Shown: piece by piece, positions 1 through 12,707 of the stretch
Layout of the letters: every line of letters begins with the position of its first letter
Position numbering within the stretch: position 1 is the first letter of the stretch
Assembly: GCA_964016885.1 (NCBI GenBank)
Contig: OZ024741.1
Span: 292,888,001 to 292,952,000 of the forward strand
Origin: Eledone cirrhosa
Taxonomy: Eukaryota
Direction of reading: 5' to 3'
Length of the DNA: 64,000 bases
Notes under the pieces: generated by a model
The model's input: the letters and a program-made list of their open reading frames with translations, nothing else
Databases searched by the model: none
What the model was told of the DNA's origin: nothing
Program-made: the position numbers and the translations under genes

Positions 1-3000
1 TTAAAGAATATTAATTTTTCCCCTTTCATAATCTTTTTATGTAAAAGATGAAAATAGAAAACAAAACCCCCAAAACAGAATAAAAATCAATCAGTAATCA
101 AAATTGCATTTAGTTCACTTCGTCTTTAGAATTTAAACTTCCAACATCAGTGTAAAGTCTTTTATTCATTTGTTTCATTTCATAATGAATTCATTCTGGG
201 TGTCGGATATTGTTTTTTTTTGTTTTGTTTAGGTTTAGGTTATGTTTGTATTTTTGTAGGGGGGATTTTGTCTTTAGCAAAGGTATTTCAGAACCGCTTT
301 ACATTCTGAGCTTTGTTTGAATTTTACTGCTTTAATGTTTCTTTTGCTTATTTTTCTGTTTTCTTCATTATTCAGCACACTTTCTCTTTCCCTTTCATTG
401 TTTGCTTGTTTTTCTTCTTTATTTTTCTTCCTATTGTGATGAAAAACTATTGCTTTTTCATTTTTGCTTTATATTACTAATTTATGGTTTTATCAAAAGA
501 TAGTACAATGGTATGAGATTAATAGCAATATGACTATGTTGTGTGGTAGTAATACAGTGGTATGATGTTAAATATCGCTGATTGAAGATATTTTATATCA
601 CTAACTAGAGAAACTACAATGAGGGGTTTAATATGTATGTATAGGTTATTTTAACCATCTTGATAGCAGCCTAAGACTGGCTGTACAAAATTATCCATAT
701 TCAAAGTGTAATGCTAATCAAAATTTCATTAAAACATGAATGGCATTGTGAGATTTCAGTTGATCAACACCAATATAATTGTGTATGGAGTGGTGTGTGT
801 GCATGAAACAAAATATTGTGTAGTATTTAGTCAGCTGAATTATGACACTTAAGTGGACTTAGCTGTGCAATAAATAGAGATCTATAAAATAAGTAACCAA
901 CAAAATATTACAACTGAATGCCTTGAAGGTCGTGCACCCCATCATGGCTGCAGTCCAATGATGGAAACTAGTAAAATAATACTTTGAATCATACAGCATG
1001 TGGCATAAGTGTAAAACTTTATAAGCAGTTAGAAATAGTAGCTGGATCAATGCCATATATATATTTATGCATCATTAACAGAAATTTGAATATCTAATGA
1101 TCGATATCTTATGAGCCAGGAAGTTTTTGCATAGCAACTGTAGATATTCTCATGGTGGAGACATTGAATATACGATTGAGGGTTATGATTATGAACAACT
1201 TTTAACACTTAACATCCTTTACCACACGAGACCACATTAATTAGACATTACCAAACAACCCTAACTGCATCATATTAAAAATTATAAACTTTTCTTTGGT
1301 TTACTTCAAATGTTCACAATGATCTATCCAATAATAAAGTTACTCTAAACATTTGAATTATCAAACCTGCTCTGAAATATCATTATTTTCTGCTCAATGT
1401 TTTCTACAGGATGTTAAGAGTTAATTTATTGATGCCGATGTTGTTTTTAATGCCCCACAAAACTTATGAGACCCACCATAAAGTACTGCTCCCATTTCTG
1501 GGGTGGTTTCTCAGCATTCAAGCATGCCCTAGCTCCTGCTTTTCTACTTGTAGCTGTCCACTGCTGCTTCTGCTACTGGTTGTAGTATTAGTACAGGTAA
1601 TCATGCCCTTGCTCTTTTTTGTTGTCTGCAATCCACAATGCCTATTAATTGTCGTCACTTCCACCTGGACTCTATTTAAGAATTGTTGCTGTGTTTCTGT
1701 TAGTCATTTACTCAGCTGAAACCTACTTCTTGATTTTCAAAAAGGTCTTCATGTACTACCATCAGATTAAAAACCATTCTGAGAGCTAATTTTTTAAATT
1801 TTTCATTTGATCTTTATTGCCTCATAAAAGATTGGATTCTTTATTGTTGAACAGATGTATACAATGATGAAAGTATTTTTTAAAATATATTTTATCAACC
1901 CCTGAAATATGAAATGCATCATTGACTTTGGCAGAATTTGAACTCAGAATTTAAAGTACCAAAAAATAATCTTTAACACTATTACTACTACCACCACTAC
2001 TATTATTATGACTATTACTTCATCTTTTCCTTTTTTGTGTGTCTTTTGTTTTGTTGTTTGCTATTTATTGTTCCTTTTTCATGGTTTTTTCTTGTTGTTG
2101 CTGCTGCTGCTGCTGTTGTTCTTCTTCTTCTTCTTCTCCGCCTCCTTCCACTTTCTCTCTCTCTGTCTCTCTGGTCACATCTGTCTGTGTTTCTATTCAA
2201 AGCCACTTCATCCTGTTTAATTTCAAAAGGATAGTTTCAAAATGCTTAGATTAATCTTTATTATGCAAATGACATAATATTCAATATCATCATTATTAAC
2301 CGCATTGTATAGGGTTAAGGTTATGATCTTCAATAATCTCTTCTGCTGCTGCTGTTGCTACTACTACTACAGTTAGGGTAATCATGGTAGTAACAGTAGA
2401 TATTATTAGTGTTCATGATTATCATTATTGTTATTGTTACTGTTGTTATTGTTGAGGATGGGCTTTACTTTACCTTAAGCTTCAACAATTGTTACAGCAC
2501 AGCTACAAGGCAGTAAATGATAAAAAGAATTTCGATGAAGAGATAAAAATGAAAATAGAAACCAAGGTCAAAGTAAATTTCCTTTGTGATAGCATGTTTC
2601 ATTATTTCCAAGTTATTATCATGTCTATTGACAGCTGAAAAGACCCTGATTGGATTTATTCAGTTAAGAAAACTTCCGACTATGATAAAAGAGGCTGTGT
2701 GGACAGAGGTTAGAAGTTTTTATATAAAAAGAAATGTGGTTTTTGAGGAAGTAAGGTTGAATTAAATAGTAGTGAACTTTCTACAGGTTTTAGGACACCA
2801 TTTATGGAGAACATCATCAGCTTATGTCATCATTTTCTTTTCTTTTTATGGCATTCTTCTGAATCTTTCATAGCTATTATCAGTGAAAGCAATTGTCATC
2901 ATTGTTGTCATCACAAGCACTTTTGTCATCATACTGTGTGTGTGTTTACATATGAGCAGGATATATGATTTTTTGAAGTGAATTATGGATTTGCTTTAGG

Positions 3001-6000
3001 AAAGATACTCTGCCATAGAAAAATTGTTTAGAAAAAGTCTCAAGCGTGAAAAAGGGGTGATGATGATGATGCATTAATGCTGTTAGATGAGAGTAAATAT
3101 TGCTACTGGATTTCTTGTTGACAGAACAGGTCTGCCAATATTTGTCAGCTGGCTGACTCTAACTTACATAATAGCTATGATGTGTGTATATGTATCTAAA
3201 TATAAGTGTATATATATTTATATAAAAAATCATCATTGCTTTTACGTCCACTTTTCTATGCTCACATGGGTTGGACAGGCCCTTTTCAGCACATCTCTTC
3301 ACATTTGCTGATCCTTCATCTTCTCCACTGTGACTTTTAGTGATTTGAGATCAGCTCTCACTCCCTTTGCTCAGGTCTTCCTTAGTCTAACTCTGCTATG
3401 GTTTCCTACCATCGGGATTTTTCATATCAGGAATAATCTTAGCCTCTATATCTGCCTGTTTGATACTGTTATTTTAGTCCTAGATCAAACAGAACTATGA
3501 TCACTGGCGTTCTGGCTGTGGCCATCCCATTTTTCTATATGTACATTTCTATAAGAATACATGAAATATATGTTTTACTAAAATTTTTATTTTTTACTGT
3601 TATACTCACTTTCGTTTTATTTTGTAACTGACATTTACCACCTATTCCCCATCTCTTGGAACCACATTCAATATCTTAAGGGACAGTCCACCTGATGGAC
3701 ATAGCCAACAGGATGAAGAAGACATTACCCTGAAGGACCGTGAGGGAGACACTCTGGAAGAGTCACTCCACCTTTCAGGGCATACACTCTATATGTTCTT
3801 TCTTTTGAAATGCTAATGTGCAATCAGAAGGGGATTTGGCTACTGTTTATAGCTTGTTGAATAATTACATAGAAGCATTGGTTCATAGTATTATTTATAA
3901 ATAATAGGATTAATGTAAGTTATTTTGATATGAATGAAGGAAACAGGATCACTGTTACTGCCTCCCAAATCTCCACTATCACTAACACTGCCCCTCTACT
4001 ACCACTAACACCGCCCCTCCACTACCATTACTACTATCCTCACCCCCACCCCACCCCACTCCCACTACTACTATCCTCATTGCAACAACAACTACCATAT
4101 TTTTACTTTAAGATCTTTAGAAATCTCCCTGTCTACTCATTTTGTGAGACTCTAGTTTCAGTAGATGGTGGTGATTGTAGGTGGGGCTGGGTGGTAGGGG
4201 ATGGTGGGGGAATGGGTAGGGATGGTGGTTATGCTAGTAGGAGGTAGTGGGTAAATGGTGGGAGTGTGGAAGCGGGTGGTGGAGTGGGTGGCGGTGATGG
4301 TAGGGGGAACTGGATGGTATGGGGGAGTGGAAAATGGGTGGTGGAGTGGATGATAGTGATGGTAGGTCATTCTGATCTGAATGGTAGGAGTAAAATTAAA
4401 GTTACTTGTGGGTCTATTTTTTCTTTTAAAAGGATAGTGGGGGGGGGAGCAGTGGTTGGTGGTAGTGGATGTTGTGGCTGAATGTGGTGGTGGATGTAGG
4501 GGTGGTGGAAATAGTGTGTGGTGGTGGTGTTGGTGGTTGTGGCAGTAGGAAAATGTAAGGAGGGGATAGTGGTGGTGGTAGGACATTGTAATGGAGATAA
4601 TGATGAAGTGTGAGTTGCTGGTGGCTGTGCCAGTAGGGAAGTGAATGATTGTGGAAAGAACTGGTTGTGGTAGTGGAAGGTAATAGTGTTGAAGTGAGAG
4701 CTTGGTATTGGTAGTGGGGGAGGATGTTTGCAATGGTTGTATGTGGTAGGTGGTGGTAATGATAGAGCAATTTCTAAAATTCAATTGATATGTTAGACAA
4801 TTAGCTATGGTGTGATTCAAAGAAGAATCAGGTTTTTTTCCAAAAATCTCAAAATAAAATCATTTAAAGTTTCATTATAATCAAATTAAGGTTTCAATAT
4901 TTGTTAATTACAAGCCAAGTACATGACATAAATAATTGCTCATTAATTCAGCCAATATGAATTAATATCTTATTTGGTTGTGAATTGGTTTCTAATTTGT
5001 GCTAGTTATTTCAGCTCTCTGAGGTCTGAGTTCTAACCCAGCCAAAGTCAATTTTGCCTTTCGTCTTTTCAGGGTTGACAAAAAAATACCAGTCTAGTAC
5101 TGGGGTCAATTCTTACTCTATATCTCTTCCCCACTCTCTCTCTCCTTCTCTGGAAGAAATCTACTGTAGTCAGGCCTGGAGAGGGATAGACTTCGCCAGG
5201 CCTAAAAAATGCCCTAAAAACACTATGTAATACAGAGCCCCTACAATTCCATAAGGAGTTATGAGACCATACCATACCTTTCAGGGTTGCTAAAATAAAG
5301 TATCAGTCCCAAGGACAGTAGATGGATGGAATTGTCAGAACATTGGACATGATACTTACAAGTGTTTGCTTCAGTTCTTTGCATTTTGATCCCAAATATG
5401 CTATTAATTCATGTCAGCTGAGTTAACAACCAATTATTTAAGTACAGAATTTGAATTCAGAACATAGTGTGTTAACATTAAATACCTTCAAAACTTTTTA
5501 TCCAGCCAGTCAGAGAATTCCTCAGTATATGACTGCTACTAATTTCATTATCTCCATATCAATCTTGGTAGGATTTGAATTCAGTGTGTGAAGTTTGATC
5601 CAGCCAGCCAACCAGTCAGCATTCTCTAGTATATAGCTGGTACAAACTTTATCATCTCTGCAATAATGAAAGGCCATGTCAACTGAGGCATGATTTGAAT
5701 TCAGAGTGGACTTCAAAGCTTAATACTCTCAAAACATTTAGTCAAACCAGCCCAAAAGATATAAGTATATGACTGGTACTAATTTTGTCTATCTTTCTAT
5801 TTATTTTAGGCCTTCCCATCATAATTTTATATAAAAAAATATTTTTTAAGTTAAAGGCAGTCTTAAAAACGAAAATGTCAAATTTTTGATTATTCATAGA
5901 ATGATTTAAAAGTTATAGGCTGTGTGTGTGTGTGTTTTTTTTTCTAGAAATATGGTAACAAAGGGTTAAAAATGAACACCCTCAAAACATTTAGATCAGC

Positions 6001-8109
6001 CAGCCAGACAGTCAGCATCTCCATTGATTATTTGAACTGTAATAAATAGAAAACTTTCTGAAAAAAAGCATTACATCGGAAGGAAATGAGAATAAAATAA
6101 AAACATATCTGCAGGTGCTATGGAATCTGAAGTACTGAGAATCCTATTTAAATGACTGTGGGTTTCTCTTCATAGCAGAGGAATGACTTTTAATGAGATG
6201 AATTCTGGAAAGAAGCATATATTCTGTAGAGAACTTTAGTGTTACACTGCAAAACTTCATCACAGTATTGTTGTTGAATTGGAAAAGAAAAAACTAAGGA
6301 ATAAAAGAACAATACTAAAAAAAATTGGTGAAGTGTAAATAAGCTAAACATTGAAGTAATTTGAAAACAAAATTTATAACTATTGATTGGCGCGGTGTTT
6401 TGGAAACATTGTGTGTTGAGTGGGAGTAATATATATTGTGTGATTCTGCATACAATTACAAGCCCACATTCATGCTTACACATACCCATATTTTTACACA
6501 CACATCTATCTATCTATCTATCTATCCATATATATATATATATACATGTAAATTATATTTTTATTATAAACATTGGTGAAAGTAACATTTTATTGAATAG
6601 AAAAACAAGGAGGATAGTAAAACAGTAAAACAAAAGAGAGAATAACAGTTTCTAATATAGGCACAAGGCCAGCAATTTTTTGACTGGATAGGGAAGAAAA
6701 AAGTTGATTATATCAGCACCAATACTTGAAAAGAGATTCAAAAATATAAAAAAGGACTGAGATATCTCAATAAGAAGTCATTCACAAGTATCCAGGATTA
6801 ACTGTATTGACAAATGTAATAGTCCTCTTCCCCTGCACTGTTATCTCAGCCTACAGATAAATATTAAGCATAGGCCCATTATTCAACCAAGCTACACATG
6901 ACTCTGTCACCCAAATTTCAGCAACTTTTTCTTCATCCTCACCTTCATTTTTAGGTGGAACATGAAAAAATTCATGAAGTGAAAATTCCTTATCTTCACT
7001 TCTTTCAATAATGAGCCCCTGCAACCATGCAACCTCATTCTCTATGGTCAACAGATGGAGGAAAACTGCTTGGCCGTCTCTGCCAATGAAAGTCAGTGGG
7101 TCAATTGTCATGATGGACTTGACTGATCTCTGGTACTTTTGTACTTGTAACAACAGTCATATTAATCATAACTCTACAACTCTGAATGAACATCTGTAGA
7201 ATGGTTTTGTTAAATTTGAATTAGCCTGCCTGATATTATCTCTGGCAGTCATGGTTAAATGCTTATGTTGTGGCAAAGTTCTTTCCTGTCCACTCAGAGA
7301 TGTTGTCTGTCCACCGATTCCTCTGTCTACCCTGCCTTCCCTTCCCCTACACTATTCTGCAAGGAACAGTGATATAATGCTTAATATTAATGTTTTTCTC
7401 AGCTACATTTTGCACCTTTCTCATCTACGCTATTTGGAACTTTGTGTAGCTTTTATCTCTGTACCTTGCTTATCATTGCTCACTTACTCCATAAGAGGAC
7501 AATTGTTCCTCAGGTTTAGACATTTATTTCCCGAGGAGATTTTTAAAATGTAATTGCCATGTTTGTTGATATAATTAATTAATTAATTGGTAAATTGTTA
7601 TAGAATACTACAATTGCATATCAATAAATCAAAACGATTGTAGAAATGATTTGAACTCTATCAAGCCCTTGGTTCATCACCTGAATTGAATTATATATAT
7701 ATAAACATTGTATATTTCAAAGTTCATATACTTAACATTTATATGTATATAAATGTTAAGTATATATAATGGTTGGTAATAGGAAGAGCATCCAGCCATA
7801 GAAATCTTGCGAAGCAAAGGGTTGGGAGGACCCTCAGTTGTGTAAAAGGCATGACAACCTCTCCTGAGCATTCAATGAAACATGAGACCATACATAAGCG
7901 AGATGCAGATCTCTGGCTTGCTTGGGAGTGGCTCTGCTTCTGTATGGACTTGGTCTATATAGACCTGTCTGACCTTTGCTAGTAGGGAAAGAAGGTGTTA
8001 AAAAAACGATATATAAATATATATATATATGTATATATATGTGTGTGTGTATGTTTGTGTGTGTGTACATGTACGTATATGTGTGTGTATATGTATATAT
8101 ATATGTGTG

Positions 8110-8154
<45 letters not shown>

Positions 8155-8158
<4 letters not shown>

Positions 8159-8910
8159 AATGAAAAAATGGAGTTAAAGACTTGTGTTAATCCCCTGTAA
8201 TTTATTGAGCTCAAGGAATAAGTACCGGGCTCTTCATAACACATTATATAGAGAAGAAAACACAAAAATGGGTATCTTTTCAATTATGGGTGGGTAGAGA
8301 ACCACTAGAGTGAAGAATATAAAGTCTCCAAAAAGTGTGGAAAATACTTAATAATTACAAGGTAAATTAAAATGTACAAACTCACCTTTATAACTATAAA
8401 ATACCTGGACAATCTCAAAGAAGAGAACGTTTTGCCATAAACAATGTTTGTACCATACCTTCTCAGGGCTCGTCAACAGGTGTCAAGAAGATACGGTCAA
8501 CACTTCTAAAGAAATTTTAGACAACTAAAAAAGCGCATATGGTGAGAGATATGAAAACATGCACACCCGACAGTACATAGAGGCTTGAATGGATCAAGAA
8601 ACTGCTAGAAATGGCAGCCTATAACCATTCAACTAACGAAGAAATTAGGAGCTAAAATATATCAAATAAAAAAAACGGAGTTAAAGATTTGCATTAATCC
8701 TCAATAATTTAATGAGCTCAAGGGATACATACTGAGCTCTTCATAATATAGTATATAGTGAAGAAAACATAAAAGGGGTATGTTTTCAATTATGAGGAGT
8801 AATCTCACCATGTGCGTATTTTCAATTCTCTAATATTTCACATGGTGAGATTATCCCTCGTAATAGAAAACATACCCATTTTGTCTTTTCTTCTCTATAT
8901 ACTGTATTAT
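8155..8910 (-). mobile_element. Non-autonomous hammerhead-bearing (retrozyme/PLE-like) element with direct repeats and terminal inversion
   Basis: ~135-bp diverged direct repeat (8155.. and 8661..), inverted repeat 8743-8814/8839-8910, (TA)n on both flanks, internal decayed hammerhead. Confidence 0.6.
8403..8481 (-). ncRNA. Decayed type I hammerhead ribozyme
   Basis: Minus strand ACCTG-TTGACGA-GCC..GGC-AAAA-CGTTCTC ttcttt GAGATTG-TC-CAGGT: all three stems pair; two core transitions (C3>T, G12>A). Confidence 0.6.
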
Positions 8911-8916
8911 ATATAT

Positions 8917-9165
8917 ATCATCATCATCATCGTTTAACGTCCATCTTCCACGCTTGCATGGGTTTGGACGGGAATTTTCCCACTTGAGGCAAGATTGGTT
9001 GTCTTGCTCTTATAGAACTGTCTGGCGGGTTTTCTACGGCTGGATGCCTTTCCTAACACCAACCACGTTTACAGTGTGGACTGGGAGGTTTTTACCGTGT
9101 TACCTACACGGCCACATTACAGCGTGGACTGTGTGTTTTTTGTCTTGACACCTACACAACCTCAT
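8917..9165 (-). mobile_element. 5'-truncated RTE 3' UTR copy (or RTE-tailed SINE) with (GAT)n tail
   Basis: Reverse complement of 23155-23417; GGTGTTAGGAAGGGCATCCAGC-like motif and (CAT)n on plus strand. Confidence 0.75.
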
Positions 9166-9307
9166 TTATTTCGGACTGGATATATATATATATATATATA
9201 AACATATATATTTATATAAATGTATGTGTATCTGTATGCTTATATATGTGTATATATTTATACAAATGTATATGTATGTATATTTATACATAATATATGT
9301 ATATATA

Positions 9308-9346
<39 letters not shown>

Positions 9347-9349
9347 TTT

Positions 9350-9891
9350 TTAATAATACATATCAACAATCTCTTTCCATCGCACATATCATTAAACCCT
9401 TCAATATTCAAACCTTAACTTAATATTATTCTTAATACATATTAACAATTTCTTTTCATCGTACATATTATTAAACCCTTCAATATACAAACCTTAATTT
9501 AACATTATTCTTAAATTTTTCTCTTCGTTAATTTTCAAATTCTTTTAATTTATATATTATCTTCCAACGGTTTTTTAACCTCTCTCTGTAAAACAATAAA
9601 TTTTTCTCAGTTATAAAAGCTTCCTTAATATACTTCTCCCCCTCCATTCTTTACTCTCATCTCCTCCTCTTTTTCATCCCCCCCCCCCCCTCAATTTTTT
9701 TCCCAATATCACATCAATCTAAAACTACTTTTCATATGTTGATTTAAAACTGCACTATTTACAAGTGTTTTAACCTTCATATCATGTCTCCCTATTTTAT
9801 CTGACGAAAACGCAAATCTCATCGCACGATGATATATGTTTTTGAAATGCGCATAATAAAATACATGGAACTCTTTTAACCATCTTTTTGT

Positions 9892-9896
<5 letters not shown>
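9350..9896 (+). mobile_element. Solo 3' end (pLTR-like) of a Penelope-like element related to 57962-62045
   Basis: Similar by eye to 61660-62045 (e.g. cacatcaatctaaaactacttttcatatgttgatttaaaactgcactat, ggaactc..taaccatcttt..tcttata); ends in (TA)n. Confidence 0.75.
9793..9863 (+). ncRNA. Type I hammerhead ribozyme (PLE-associated)
   Basis: TATTTTAT-CTGACGA-AAAC..GTTTTT-GAAA-TGCGCA-TA-ATAAAATA: intact core, 8-bp stem I, palindromic stem III. Confidence 0.8.
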
Positions 9897-9950
<54 letters not shown>

Positions 9951-10081
9951 ATGTATATATGTGTGTATATATATATATATATATACGTGTGTGTATATAT
10001 ATATGTGTGTGTGTGCATGTATATATATATATATATATATATGTGTATACATGTGTGTGTATATGTATGTGTTTATATATC

Positions 10082-10130
<49 letters not shown>

Positions 10131-10786
10131 CTCTATATATATAGAAATATATGTACCTATACACATGTCCCCCCACACTCCACCTGTATGTCCACACAAA
10201 ATTCTTTGTCCATACACACACATATTTCTCAGTTTTCACACTGATACAGAAACATACAAGAATAGAGACATACACACATAACGGTACGGTCACTGTAGAG
10301 TAACAAATAGCGAAAAAAGTTAGTTAATTGGTTTCTGTCTATTCTTGAGTGGACTGTTATCAATCTAATTAAACATTAAATAACTCATCCAACCAGAGGT
10401 TTTTACCGAGGTCTTGTCTATGTTTGTTTGTTATCCTCCACCACCTCCCTAACATCACCACCACCACCACTGCTCCTACCTCCACTATCGCTGCCTTCAC
10501 CACCATACCACATTCTATAGTGATCAATTCTATAACTTTGAATTAACCACCCACAAAAGATGAACTATTTGTATAGAGTGGTAAAGATTTGTTTATGCTA
10601 GAGTTTTTAGGTCCACTTCAGATATAGCAATATATTTGAACACGTTATATACATGTCTCAGTCTGTTTCTCTCTCATTCTCTCTCTCTCTCTCATAAATA
10701 TTTATATATGGGGGTTGCATATAATATATATATATAATATATGTGTATATATGTATGTATATATATATATATAATAGAAGCATATA

Positions 10787-11290
10787 TCTGTATATATATA
10801 AAATTAAGTATGTGTGTGTATCTGTTTGTTGTTCAAATTTTAAAGCAAAATAGAATTTATCATTGCACATCCTGTAATGGCTTTATATTTTGCAGTTGTT
10901 GTTCAGGGACGGCGTGGCAGCCGCTTAAATATTCAAAAATACCACTTTTAGATTCAAATTTCCACTTTTTCGGCTCTAGCTCCCACATTAATCAAACTCT
11001 TTACATTTTGGATTTTTTTGTTCAGGAACGGCGTGGCAGCTGCTTAAATATTCGAAAATACCACCATTTCGCTCAAATTTCTGCCTTTTCGTTCAAATCC
11101 CTCCCTCCTCCAGCATGCCCGTTCGTCCGTCACCCGCGTTTGTCAGTGATAGAGGTCATCACCACTCTCCCCCGCATGGCCTGAGTGTGGCCATAGATGA
11201 GTCATCGAGAAGCAGTCGCTAAGATCAACACCTTTTCATCAAAGCAGATATTATTTTAACTACCCAGGCAACGCTGGGTACTGCTGCTAG
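10787..11290 (+). mobile_element. Non-autonomous Helitron
   Basis: 5' A|TCTGTATATATATAAAA; 3' hairpin TACCCAG-GCAACG-CTGGGTA (11261-11280), then CTAG|T at 11287-11291; internal ~117-bp tandem repeat. Confidence 0.7.
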
Positions 11291-11413
11291 TATATAATAA
11301 TAGATGCATATATATATATATAATAGATGTATATATAATAGATGTGTATATATATATATATAATATATATATATATATAATAGATGTATATATATGTATA
11401 ATATATGTATATA

Positions 11414-11604
11414 TAATTGTTTCTACATTTGGCACAAGGCCAGCAATTACCCAGTGCATTACAGGTACTTTATTTTATCGACCCCATAAGGATGAAAGGC
11501 AAAGTTAACCTCAGCGGATTTGAACTCAGAACACAAAGGGCCATAACTCTATGCTGCAAAGCATGGTGTCTGACGCTCTACCGATACTGCCAAACCACCG
11601 CCCT
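11414..11604 (-). mobile_element. tRNA-derived SINE, family 1 (Meta-domain-like core)
   Basis: A-box TGGCAGTATCGG, B-box GTTCAAATCC, core GCCTTTCATCCTT..GGGGTCGATAAAATAAAGTACC, tail GGCCTTGTGCC..GTAGAAACAATT; many copies in window. Confidence 0.8.
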
Positions 11605-11634
11605 ATTATATATATATATGTGTGTGTAGCTGTA

Positions 11635-12105
11635 TGTATATATGTATGTGTACCTGTATGTATATATGCATGCTACTGTACGTCAGTATACATATATGTA
11701 TGTACGTATACATACATACTTACATTTAAGTAAGTGCCATACTAAGAGTGAGAAATGAAATTTCGTTTTCATTTTTTTTCAACTTATCGTTTTCGGTATG
11801 CCTGACCGATTTAACTCACTCAATATGCAAATTAGGCTGCTCAGCCGTTAATTTTCATAAGGAAAGTATATACTTTCGAACGTTCAACTATCTGGCAGAT
11901 GGGTAAACGGTGCTGATGATAGCTAACAAGCTTGAAACTAGTACATCGTTCCTGTGTCAGTGTTGAACAAAAAGGTGACGTGGTTGCCTTAACACCGTAT
12001 GGCATAAATTCGGGCTGTTCAGTTTGTTTACAAACGAACGAAGCGGCGTTATAATAAGCGTCCGCTAAACTGATGCGTGCATATATGTATGTGTACCTGT
12101 ATGTA

Positions 12106-12171
<66 letters not shown>

Positions 12172-12288
12172 TGCTACTGTACGTCTGTATACATATATCT
12201 ATGTACGTATACATACATACTTACATTTAAGTAAGTGCCATACTAAGAGTGAGAAATGAAATTTCGTTTTCACTTTTTTTCAACTTAT
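11635..12288 (+). mobile_element. Retrozyme-like element: ~150-bp direct repeats enclosing a hammerhead
   Basis: Near-identical repeats 11640-11787 and 12087-12288 (second has a (TA)n expansion); intact hammerhead in the unique middle; (TA)n flank. Confidence 0.7.
11906..11950 (+). ncRNA. Minimal type I hammerhead ribozyme
   Basis: AACGGTG-CTGATGA-T AGCT aaca AGCT T-GAAA-CTAG-TA-CATCGTT: 7-bp stem I, intact core, palindromic CTAG stem III, GUA cleavage triplet. Confidence 0.85.
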
Positions 12289-12707
12289 ATATATATATAT
12301 ATATATATATTAGTACATAACTCTATAAAGTGAGCTCTCTCTAATACATTTTATTTCATATACATACATACAGATAGATGCATGTGTGATTTGGATTTTG
12401 GTTTAAATTTAATATATATGTAATATTTATATAATAATAATAATAATTATTATTATTATTTCTTTATTAACCACAAGGGTTTACATAAAGTAGACATTAA
12501 GGACAGTGCAGGACATTACAGGACGGTACAAATGGGCATTTCTGCGTGTAAAAAACAAAAACAGAGGATGTAACAAAAAAATAACAATGAAAAATTCCCC
12601 AATAGGGGGGAGACTTCGGAGGGACATTTGTGGAGAAAGCCCAGTAAAAGGCCACAGTTACCCTGACCACCAAGGCAAGTGCCCTCTCCCAGTTTTCCAC
12701 CTTTAAT

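Noticed and set aside
1411-1719. 102-aa hydrophobic ORF after an AG acceptor
   Set aside because: Leu run derives from a CTG/CTA repeat; no supporting homology
3960-4820. His/Pro/Thr-rich ORFs and G-rich tract
   Set aside because: Degenerate (ACC)n/(GGT)n low-complexity DNA; no domain or splice evidence, and G4 potential is nonspecific
6851-7153. 100-aa protein-like ORF on minus strand
   Set aside because: No recognisable family or splice support; could be an old transposon relic but cannot be supported
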